DNA from: Chrysemys picta bellii
Taxonomy: Eukaryota
Assembly (NCBI RefSeq): GCF_011386835.1
Contig: NC_088797.1
Location: 29,388,001 to 29,452,000 of the forward strand
DNA: 64,000 nucleotides
Direction: 5' to 3'
Both the position numbers and the translations under genes were made by a program. Below, piece by piece: positions 1 to 9,912 of this stretch (positions within the stretch are counted from its first letter, which is position 1; each line of letters opens with the position of its first letter). Under the pieces are notes generated by a model that worked only from the letters and a program-made list of their open reading frames with translations, had not been told where the DNA came from and made no database searches.

Positions 1-107
1 GGAGTGGGTGACGTTGGGGGGACTAGTTGGGGGGCCCAATCCTGCACTGGGTCAGGTTTCCCTCCCACTCTGAGAACCTCCCCTCCCCTCCCCCCGCTGC
101 TCTCCAG

Positions 108-965
108 CCAGAGAAGAGACTATGGCTACTCCCCCTGCTGGTGGGCCTGCGCTTCCTGTTTGTGCCCCTGCTGATGCTATGCCAAGCCGAGCCCCGCACC
201 CGCCTGCCCGTGCTCTTCCACCATGACGCCTGGTTCATCCTCTTCATGCTGCCTTTCTCGCTCTCCAATGGCTACTTCGTCTCGCTCACCATGTGCCTCG
301 CCCCCAAGTGAGTGCTGGGCAGGGTCGGGGCTCAGTAGGGGGCGCTCTCCCAATGCAATCAGTGCTGAGCGCAATGCCCCAGGGTGCTGCTAGAGGGCGC
401 ACTGCTGCACTGCAGGAAACCAGGTGGGAGGGTCTCTAGAGGGCACTTCCCCCTCGCAGTCAGTGCTGACCCCAATGCCCCAGTGTGCTGCTAGGGGGCG
501 CTGTACTGCACTACAGGGGGAGGTCTGTAGGGGGCGCTCTCCCAGTGCACTCAGAGTGGCATCTCAGCACCAGGAGAGGGATCCTGATGTAAACAGCTCT
601 CACAGTTAGGGTGACCAGACTTCCTGATAAAATCGGGACCATCCTGATTTTGAGCTGTTTGTCCCTCGTCCCGACTGATCTCTGGTTGGGACGCAATTTT
701 TGTCCCGATATTTTCTTCATCTCATCTGGTCACACTACTCACAGCCCATCCGAGAAGTGGCTGCATCTCAGTGCTGGGTTTCTCTGCATGTTGGGGAGTG
801 GTGTGTGGTTCTCAGCTGTGTCCTCCCCGCCACCCTCCTCTCTCGCCCCATAGGCAGGTGCTGCCGCAAGAGAGCGAGCTGGCTGGAGCCATCATGACCT
901 TCTTCCTGGCACTAGGACTGTCGTGTGGGGCTGGGCTCTCCTTCCTCCTCAAGGCCCTGCTGTGA
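108..965 (+). CDS. SLC29A2: Equilibrative nucleoside transporter 2, last two coding exons (108-307, 854-965)
   Basis: Spliced translation PEKRLWLLPLLVGLRFLFVPLLMLC...SNGYFVSLTMCLAPK/QVLPQESELAGAIMTFFLALGLSCGAGLSFLLKALL* matches the ENT2 C-terminus (TM9-11). Acceptors AG at 106-107 and 852-853, donor GT at 308. Candidate poly(A) signal AATAAA at 2442-2447 is followed by a GT/T-rich tract. Confidence 0.93.
333..545 (+). repeat. Intronic tandem repeat carrying five same-orientation CTCF-like motifs
   Basis: (C/G)TAG(G/A)GGGC(G/A)C(T/A)-type motifs at about 333, 387, 433, 488 and 525 lie within a degenerate repeat that also repeats cagtgctga-c-caatgcccc. Confidence 0.55.
607..737. mobile_element. 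Non-autonomous hAT (Tip100-like) MITE
   Basis: Terminal inverted repeats TAGGGTGACCAGA / TCTGGTCACACTA, flanked by an 8-bp near-duplication ctcacagt (599-606) / ctcacagc (738-745). Confidence 0.75.
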
Positions 966-1806
966 TCCCCCCTCAGATTCATCCCTTCATCTTCCAGCAG
1001 CTCGTCTGAGTGCACCCCATCAACCTGGGGGGCTTGGAATAGGAGGGATGGGGGGGGCTTTGCATAGGAGGGGGGCTGGTACCTCCTGACTTCCCCCTTT
1101 CTTTCCATGGGCATCATCTCAGCCTGGTGAGTGTAAAGATTAGTGTCCTGCCCCCCCCCCCCCCAAGTCTCCTGTTGCAAGGCAGATACCCCATTAGGGG
1201 TTGCCCCCCAGCCCTATTCTGTTCCTCACCACCGTTCCATAGGAATTCCAGCAAAGGGAATGTCTATAGAATGGTGTGGCAGGGGAGGAAAGGGTTAATG
1301 TAAAGAAGTATCTGGGGTTTTAATGTATTTATTTGTGGGGCTCCTGGGCTGATTTTGGCTGGCTCCTTAGCCCAGGTGGGGGGCTGAGCCCCATGCGGTG
1401 TCATGGGCTACACAAAGGGACACCACAGCATACCACTTCTCCTGGAGATTCACGTAGAGCCCAGGCTCCAACTCCTGCCCCTTCGCCCTGGGGTCGAGGA
1501 AGGGGAGGACCCCAAGGGTTGCTGGGGCTTTGCTTCTGCTGCAGAAACGCACATCCAAGCCAGACTGCTGGCTGGGCTTTAAAGGGTTAAATATCCCCTC
1601 TCTCCTGACCCCCAGAAAGGTCCTAGTTCCTGGATGGAGGCTACTGCCCTTTAGAAGGAATATTGTATAATGGGTAGGACAGGAGATGGGAGCAAGGTCA
1701 CCTGGGTTCTGTCCCCAGCTCTGGGAAGCACGTGCTGGCCAGTTGATTGTAAACTCCTTGGGGCAAGGTCTTGTCTGTGCTCTGAAGTGCCTAGTTATGC
1801 TCTAGG

Positions 1807-1978
1807 TCAATGGTTCTTAAACTTCCGTACTGGTGACCCCTTTCACACAGCAAGCGTCTGAGTACGACCCCCCCTTAGAAATTAAAAACACTTGTTTATG
1901 TATTTAACACCATTATAAATGCTGGAGGTTTGGGGGTGGAGGCTGAGAGCTCGCAACCCCCCATGTTTGAGAACCCCC
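1807..1978. mobile_element. hAT-Charlie-like non-autonomous DNA transposon remnant
   Basis: Ends caatggttcttaaac...gtttgagaacccc resemble CAGTGGTTCTCAAAC-type inverted repeats; the interior is AT-rich. Confidence 0.55.
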
Positions 1979-2119
1979 CCGCCTTAGGTGCTAGATAAAT
2001 AATAGTAGTTAGAGTAGGTGCGGCAATTCCTCTCGCAGGCATCAGTAGCCCAGCCGCTAGCAGGCGGCTTTGTGCTACTGGAAGAGCTCAAGGGCGGCTC
2101 GTGGTCAGACCTGGGTTTG

Positions 2120-2215
2120 GTTCCCTGCTGTGCCCCAGATTCCCTGTGTGACCTTGAGCACGTCCCTTAGCCTCTCTGTGCCTCAATTTCCCCATCTGTA
2201 CAATGGAGACATTAG
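2120..2215 (+). mobile_element. MIR/CORE-SINE fragment
   Basis: tgtgaccttgagcacgtcccttagcctctctgtgcctcaatttccccatctgtacaatgg is a MIR core signature. Confidence 0.7.
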
Positions 2216-2972
2216 CACTGCCCTGGCCTCCCCAGGGCACGAGGACATGTTCAGTTCATGTTGTGAAGCGCCCAGATACCATGGTGGCAGGTGCTATAGA
2301 AATTCTCATGGGAGAGAGAAAAGGACATGGTGGCATTTTTCCCCTTTGGCTTTATTGTGTGCATGGGGCTGGAGTGGCTGTTTTATTGTATTTCATTGCC
2401 TGCTTTTGGCTCTTTTTAATAAGTTTGATTTTTATTTTTTCAATAAAAGTGCTGTGAGGTTTTTTTACAAGGATTCGTCTTGGCCTCTTTGTGTTAACTC
2501 CCCATTTGCTGCTGAGAGCAATTGTGGGGTGGCTGGGAAACCAAGGCTAAGCGGGCAGGTATTCTGTAGCTGTACCCTTGGGCTCCTCTTAGCTGATACT
2601 GCCCAGGGCCCCTATTCTGTTCAGCCTAATTCTTTGCCAATCTTCTGTTGTTTGCTGGACTCAACCCCCTGCATCAGCTTCCCAGACAATCTGAGCGTTT
2701 CATCCAGCCCACCCTGTTGGGAGAATGAGTCTGTTGGGTCTCAGCCCTGTTCCTTGCAGCACTGGGGCTCATGCCAGACCCATACCCCTCAACAGACCCC
2801 AAGCCCCCACTTTCTTCCCTCAGATGGGGTTCCTGCAGGGAAGAGGGGATATCCCACGCTGGGGCTGCTGGTCTGGCCCCTCTCCAGGATCTGTGATGAA
2901 TTGAGAGGGGACTGGTGGTGGTGATGGGGAATGGTGTAGTTCTATGATGGCACTGCCTGAAGCAAAGCATCA

Positions 2973-3066
2973 CATAAGAACGGCCACACTGGGTCAGACC
3001 AATGGTCCATCTAGCCCAGTATCCTGTCTGCCAACAGTGGCCAATGCCAGGTGCTTCAGAGGGAGT
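2973..3066 (-). mobile_element. CR1 LINE 3' end fragment
   Basis: cataagaacggccacactgggtcagaccaatggtccatctagcccagtatcctgtc is the reverse complement of a CR1 3' terminus. A longer copy lies at 27827. Confidence 0.7.
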
Positions 3067-4043
3067 CCATGGGAGGGATGTGCCCCCCAGCATGCGGTAC
3101 TCAACATAACCACAAACTCTGGCATGGAAAATAGATTCCTGACTTCTGTTCCCAGATCTTGGAGCAGAGTGGGGGCTAGTGGTTAGAGCAGAGGGGCTGA
3201 GAGCCAGGACTCACTGGGTTCCAGTCCCTATTCGGCCACTGATTGTTTAGGTGAGTTCCTCCCCAGCAATCTGCCTCAGTTTCCACATCTGTCAAGGGGG
3301 AGGACACATTGAGGCCCAATTATGCTTAAATTGCCTCCACTTCAAGGGGACTGAAGCACACAGCTGACATGTGGGTGCTGTGCTGTGGTTCAGGGGCTTG
3401 GACACTAGTCATTCAGTGCCACATTAACGACAGCCCCAAATCCCAGCTTTCCTATCCAAAACCGACTCCTCCGGCTCTTGGGGGCTCCCTTCCCCCAGGC
3501 TGATCCTTTCATCCATGTGATGCAACCCCCTCTGGAAAATGAGTCCCAAGTGGGGATTTCTACCCCCCCCCACCATCCAGAGGCACACCCATCCCATCCA
3601 GGGGTCTCCCATTGGCCCCTCCAGTGAGTGACAGATCCCCTGCCATCTGCCTTCATCTAAGCGGGGGTTGTTGCCCCCCACGAATAGCTAGCTTGCTTTC
3701 ATATTCCTAGGGCAATGTATTGGGGAGTATAATACAGTTCCCAGCCCACCACCCAATAGACACCCCCCCATTCAATCTACTGTGGGTTATCGGGGTTCCA
3801 ATGTGTCATTTCACCCACCCGTTGGGCCCCCTGATACTGAGGGGGGATTTTACTGCACACACCTCTCCCTGCCAGCGTTAACCCCAGGGGCTGAGAGGAG
3901 ACTTTATTGCATGAAAGGAGGAGAATGAGACAAGTTGAACAGCAGACGCTGCTCTCATACCCTTAAGGCTGCGAACACCCCCAATCCCTTTCTTCCAGAA
4001 CCAGTCCAGAAAATAATGCACTGCTAACCCTCCTCTTCTTCCC

Positions 4044-4048
4044 AAAAA
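4044..4048 (-). terminator. Pol III T-run terminator of the tRNA gene
   Basis: TTTTT on the minus strand begins 5 nt after the tRNA 3' end. Confidence 0.8.
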
Positions 4049-4053
4049 GGGAG

Positions 4054-4135
4054 CGACGAGGGTGGGATTCGAACCCACGCGTGCAGAGCACAATGGATTA
4101 GCAGTCCATCGCCTTAACCACTCGGCCACCTCGTC
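4054..4135 (-). tRNA. tRNA-Ser, anticodon GCT
   Basis: The minus strand reads GACGAGGTGGCCGAGTGGTTAAGGCGATGGACTGCTAATCCATTGTGCTCTGCACGCGTGGGTTCGAATCCCACCCTCGTCG (82 nt). It has a paired acceptor stem, A box, GCT anticodon, long variable arm and T-arm GGTTCGAATCC. Confidence 0.98.
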
Positions 4136-4624
4136 TCTCATGTTGGGCTTAATCTGCCATCCCAACCATACCCCTGAGTGTGTGTGCGCGAGGGCAAGAG
4201 TGCACAGGACGGGGAGGGTCTGTGTGTAGGGAGGGTTGATTCCCCCTGCGCTGCCTTTTGCACACACCCCCTTGCCCGGACAGCCCCCGCTTCCTGTCCC
4301 CCCTTGCCCCATCCGAGCGGGACCCCGGATGCAGCCAGGGGCGCATGAGCCCGTCCCGGGCAATGGTCAGAAAACCACCTCCCGACACCCCCCCTGCGCC
4401 CCCCTGTCCCTGGCGGGCGGGGCGCGGTGGCGAGTCGGCCTGCAGTGGCTCCTCCCTAGGGCAGGTGGCGCGCTGCCGCAGCGACGGGCGCCTCCATTCC
4501 CGGCCCCCGGCCGGCTGCATGGAAGGGCTGGGAGCTGCAGCCGCCCGCTGCCTGCGCCGGTCCCCCCTGGCGAGCATGGGCGCAGCGCGCCGGGCCTGAG
4601 CGGGGAGCCCCGGCCGCGGCCGGC

Positions 4625-6758
4625 ATGCAGGGCCCCGCCAGATGCTCCTTCTTCAAGGCGCTGCTGTGGGCGCTGGCGCTGGTGGCCCTGCTGCAGCTGC
4701 TCTACCTGTCCCTGCTCTCGGGGCTCCACGGCCGCCAGCAGCGCTCCCGCTACTCGGAGCTGTTCGGGGGGCGCCGGGGCGAGGCGCCCGGCCGGCCCAG
4801 CGAGCAGCAGAAGGAGCAGCTGAAGCGCGCCCTGGCCAGCGGCGGGCGGCTGGATGCCAGCGGCCAGTACCGGATCTACACGGACATGCTGGGGCCCCCG
4901 GAGCGGGCGGGGCGGGCGCCCGACCTGGTGCTCGCCACCCACACCAGCCTGAGCAACCTGCACCAGCTGCAGGAGCTGGTGGGGCGCTGGCAGGGTCCGG
5001 TCTCCGTGGCGCTTTTTGCGCCGGGCCCCGCCGAGGTGCGGCTGGCCACGCTGATGCTCTACGCCTTGGGGGCGCTGTGCGGGCCAGTGCGACAGCTGGT
5101 GAGTGCCCACCTGGTGTGCCACTCGGGGGACCTGGCCGCCTTCCCCGAGTTAGAGGACCGGGCGGAGTTTGCCCGGCTCAAGGCCTGTGGGGATGTCTTC
5201 GCCAAGCTGGCACGGGCTGGGGCGGGCCGGCGTAACTATGCCCTGGGTGCCAACGCTTCGTACCCCAACAACCTGCTGCGCAATGTGGCACGGGGGGCAG
5301 CCACTGGGCACTACACGCTCGTGCTGGACGTGGACATGCTGCCCAGCGAGGGGCTGCGTGAGGCCTTCCTGGCACTAACTGCAACCTTGGGTGCTGAGGG
5401 GCCACCAGGCGTCTTCGTGGTGCCCGCCTTTGAGATCCGGCACACCCGGCGCCTCCCAGGTGCCAAGGCTGAGCTGCTGCAGCTGTATCAGGTGGGGGAG
5501 ATCCGGCCGTTCTACGAGGAGCTCTGCCCACGCTGCCAGGCCCCCACCAACTACTCACGCTGGCTGAACCTGCCTCCGGGCAGTTCCCTGAATATTGCCT
5601 ACACCGTGGAGTGGAGGGACCCCTGGGAGCCCTTCTACATCAGTGCCAACTCTGTGCCACCCTATGATGAAAGATTCAAGCAGTATGGGTTCAACCGCAT
5701 CAGCCAGGTACCTGCCTCACCGGCATGGGGAGGCATTTGTGCCATGGGAGCCAGCCCCAGATATACGCCCAGCCACCCCAAGAGATGGAGCAGGGTGTCT
5801 CTGACCCGGGGGTGAAACAAGTCTGGGAAGTCTCAGCCGGGTGCTCTCCTGATCACTGGGCACCTCAGGCCATGCTCACTGAGCCTCATAGAGGGCACCC
5901 GAACATGGCCCCATGAGACACATGGGCAGGGTGTGAGGAGTGCATATTTCCTTCCCTGCAAGGGGGCTCTGGCCCTGATCCAGGCCTAGCTCAAGAGTAC
6001 TTGGTGGCTAGTGGGGAGAGACAACACGATGTAGGGGACGTTGTGCTGCAGAGAGCAGGTGGGGGGTTCAGTAAGAGGCACTCTCACCTTGCAGTCAGTG
6101 CTGTTTCCAATACCCAGGGCTGCACCAGGGGGTGTTGTACACCCTGAAGTGGCATCTGTCCAATGAGATGTAAAATGGGCCTTGGCCCCTTGTGCTCACT
6201 AGTGACCATTTGTCACTTTTCCTACAGCTTCCATCCAGTGGAGAATTTCCACTTCCTATCCTGAACTGTAGTGTTCTGTGAAGCTGTGAAATAGCCCCCA
6301 CATCCTACACTGCATCTGAGCACCGGGTGAGGGATCCCTGTATAAAACAGCTCTAATGCCCCACCCCGGAGGCGGCTGCATAGCCCCTGCACCGCAGAAG
6401 TGGTTGCATCTTAGCACTGGATGAGGGATTCCTGTATAAACAGCCCCCACACTCCACTCTAGAGGTGGCTGCTTTTCAGCCCTCAATGTAACAGAGTGTG
6501 GGACACTTTGGAGTCTGGTGGGGGTTACCCTGGTCTCCTTCACAGCTCTCCTGTCCCCTTTCGCAGGCATGTGAGCTCCATGTGGCCGGATACAGTTTCT
6601 CAGTGCTGAACAATGCTTTCCTGGTGCACAAGGGCTTCAAGGTGCCGAGTGAGTTCCATGCACAGAAGGATGCCGAGAATCAGCGCAACAAGATGCTCTT
6701 CCGCCAGTTCAAGCAGGAGCTGAAGCTGAAGTATCCTGGCTCACCACGCCGGTGCTGA
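4625..6758 (+). CDS. B4GAT1: Beta-1,4-glucuronyltransferase 1 (formerly B3GNT1), 2 exons: 4625-5707, 6567-6758; 424 aa
   Basis: Type II signal-anchor [18 protein letters not shown] motif VLDVDML, junction [16 protein letters not shown] and C-terminus [21 protein letters not shown] donor at 5708, AG acceptor at 6565-6566, CpG island over exon 1. Candidate AATAAA at 7599-7604. Confidence 0.96.
6110..6490 (+). repeat. Degenerate tandem repeat in the B4GAT1 intron (gaggtggctgcatctcagcac...gtgagggatccctgtataaacagccc family)
   Basis: Several related units occur here, and related copies lie at about 545-600, 18250-18320 and 40980-41150. Confidence 0.55.
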
Positions 6759-7863
6759 TGGTCCTGCCGTCTCCGGCACAGCTCCTCAGCCCTGCCTTCC
6801 CCATGACCCTTCATCTGTAGCTTTGGTGTCAGTGTTTTTGGGGGGCCCTGCCCAATCTGGGCTTGGAATGCCCCCTCCTTTCCATTGAGTCATTAATCTC
6901 CACATCGGACAGAGGTTTATAGTTGGGGGGAATCTTTCCAGCCACATCACACTGGATCCTTCACCTGCCCCAACCTGTTGCTGGGGCCATGGAGTCCTGT
7001 ATCCCCATCCCTCAAAATACTTCAGCATTCTCCTCCCCCACTTTCCTATTGAACAGCAGGCTGTCAGAACAGAGGACCTCCCCCCAGCCTATTGCCTGTC
7101 TGGGCAGAGGACAGCTGTTTCCTCCCTCCGCAGCTCCCTTGTTATGATTCTTTCCCTCCTTGAGCAGGGAGAAAGAGGCTGTTCTGGACTCAGCAGCCCC
7201 CTCTCCCTTTTTGTAGGTGGTTATGGGGTGGAAGCTAGTATAGGGATTAGAGAAGGGGGTGGGGAGTCAGGACTTGTGGGATCTTTCCCTAGCTCAGAGA
7301 GGAGAGTCTAAGGGTTAAAGAATGAGGGGCTGAAATTCGGGACTCCTGGGTTCTGTTCCCAGTTTTGTCACTGATTCTATTTGCCCTCCACCAAGTCCCC
7401 TCCCCTTTCTGCACCTCATTTTTCCCCTTTGTAAAATGGGAATTAACGCAGTGACCTACCTCCTGAGGGCAGGGGGCATGAGGCTTAATTTATGAAGATG
7501 CTCAATGCTGCTTGGATGGGACTGGCAGAGTGCTCTTACCCCACTGTAGGAAATGGCCTGGCATTCAGTCCCCCTGAGTGCGAACCTTGGGTTAGAACAA
7601 TAAAGTACTGTGGAGGCCAGGGGCGTCTCCTCATGGCTGTGTCCTGCCGTGAGTCCTTTCTGTGGTGCTGGGGGCAGTGGCTGGAACTTATCTATCCCGC
7701 ACAGAGCTTGGCTTACTAGATATAGCACTGGTAGGTGGTGCTGACTCCTCAGTGTGCCAAAGCAGGGACCCTCCTGCCAGTGCTCAGGATGGGGCGAGAG
7801 GAGCTGAGAGCCACACAGCTCTGGCTTCTCTCCAGGTACTTGGGTGATGGGGGCAGTCCCATG

Positions 7864-8195
7864 GGTGCCATGACAACATTGCAGTTGGGCACCATGGCAA
7901 GGGGCCAAAGGTACTGTGCTAAGGCTGCGCTGGGACTGGGTGCCAAGTGTTATGGCAATGCCATGACTGGTGCTCTGGCAATGCAGCAATGGCGCTGCAC
8001 CAGGTTGTGATGACATTGTCCAGGTGTCAGCAGGTCCCATGGTACCATGGCAACAACCTGACTGGGTGCCATGGTGATGTGTCACAAGCAGGTGCCATAG
8101 CAACACCAGTTCAGGGGATTCCCCTTAGCCCAACTTTGGGTGAATGTCGCTCACCTCACGCTAGGCTGTGGGCCTCCTTTTGTTGCCATGGGAAC
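7864..8195. promoter_or_regulatory. Cluster of RFX X-box-like motifs upstream of the BRMS1 promoter
   Basis: GTTGCCATGGGAAC (8182-8195), GGTGCCATAGCAAC (8091), GGTACCATGGCAAC (8041), GGTGCCATGACAAC (7864), plus several more degenerate 14-mers. Confidence 0.6.
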
Positions 8196-8269
8196 ATGCC
8201 CCATCCTCCACTATCCCATAAGGCTCAGCGCAGTGGGCAGCTGGGAACTATAGAGGCAACGGCGCTCTG

Positions 8270-8389
8270 GTTAATTGGTCTCCCTGATTGGCTGGCAGAG
8301 GATGGGGCGGAGCCAGTAGGTGTGGAGCTTCCGGGTACGGAGAAGCGAAGCGCTTACGGGAGGGAGGCCGCCGGCCTGGGCTCCCCGAG
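8270..8389 (+). promoter_or_regulatory. BRMS1: BRMS1 promoter and probable non-coding first exon
   Basis: Reverse CCAAT boxes (ATTGG), GC box GGGGCGGAG and ETS motif CTTCCGG precede a CpG-rich stretch that ends in the donor CGAG/GTACGT at 8389/8390. Confidence 0.6.
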
Positions 8390-9912
8390 GTACGTGGGGC
8401 TCAGAGCAGCGGGAGATGGATTCGTCGCAGCCTCCCTCCATGGGGTGCTGGGTGGTGCATTCCCAGCTGAGATCAATGGAAGCTGAGCTAGAGCAGAGCA
8501 GCCCAAGGGGGGAATTCGCTGTCTCCCCTGCTTCTGGAGCTTGTTGGTTCCATCCCCATTGAGTTCAAGGGAGGGCAGGCCGGCTCATTGCAACCCCAGG
8601 GGGAGAACTTACAGTGGCGGCCGGCCCAGACCATTGCAACTCAAAGGGGAGGGTTGCGGCCCTCGTATTGTGGGTGCTCAGTGATCCATTCCCCGTTTGA
8701 AACGCACTGGGGGTGCAGACCATTGTAGCCTGGGAAAGGGTGCCGTATATCCTGCTATCCCCCATCATGGGAACCTGAATGGCACCTTCCAAAGCAAATT
8801 CAAAGGAACTGGGAGAGACCAAGACATCTCGGGGGGTGTGTGTGTGTGTTTGTGAATTGTGCCCTCCTGCTGGGAGGGGGGGTCAGTGGTACCTTCCCCA
8901 ACACGGAAATAGAGCAGACAATGTCAACTGGAGGGGGAAGTTATAGTATTGGTATGTTCCTCAGTGCTCTCGAGTGAGCAGAAGATGAGATATTTCATTC
9001 CCATCAAGGGGTGGGGGGAAGAGCATTGCACATGCACCAATAAAGCCAGCAGGGAGCTGGGTCAGACTATGGTTACAGAGTGAGCAGGGGGCTGGGAGCC
9101 AGGACTCCTGGGTTCTGTTACTGTCTCTGCCTGTATTCCCAGCCTTAGAGTCCTGCTCCCTGCTAGCTCCGGTGCCCCATGGGCCTGGATTGGGACCCGC
9201 TGTGTTGGCGAGGAGGGAGCTCCAGGCTCATGGCAGCAGAACGCCGGGGTCGCCATGCTGACTCCGCTGAGGCTAGCACCCATCTCTGCAGTCACATCAC
9301 ATGTCACGACACCATTGCAATAGCAGCTACCAGCTGATAGCACCTCGCTCCCTGACAGAGCGAGTGGGTGGCTTTGTGGGGCTTCCCCCAAGGTGGCTGC
9401 ACATCACAATGCAGTGAGAACAGGGAGTCGTTGGCTCTGGTCTGGCCCCGTGGCAGGAGGATGTGGGGGAGAGGGAGAATAAGACACAGGGCCTGTCTCC
9501 TCTAGGAGACGTTGGCTCTGATCCAGCCCCGTGTGATATGTATTCAGGGCCCACATGTGGAACAAGTTGTCAGGTCTCAGTGTTGTTCCCAGTGGAGAAG
9601 GCAGTTACTTCCTTGGCCAATAGGAAGCCTTGGGGCTCAATGGGCTATGGAGACTGGGGTCCACTAGTTGAAGTAGCCCTGGGGCTGGGGTCTTGGCAGG
9701 GCTTGGACATTGGCAGGGCTTGGAGGTTGGAGCTGCCCCCTCCAGACCCATGCTCTGGGCACACAGGGGGTCCCATGGGTTGGGGGGCAGCTGTCCCTGT
9801 CCAGGGCCCCTTGCTCTGCATATGATGGAGGAGGGCAGTGGGGGGTGCAGTGAAGTAGGACCCTCCCAGGTCACCTGGCAATAATCCCTGCCATTGATCA
9901 TCCAGAGTGCCC

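Noticed and set aside
5708-5815. Unspliced B4GAT1 ORF extension to 396 aa
   Set aside because: The donor at 5708 and the conserved exon 2 at 6567 give the known C-terminus.
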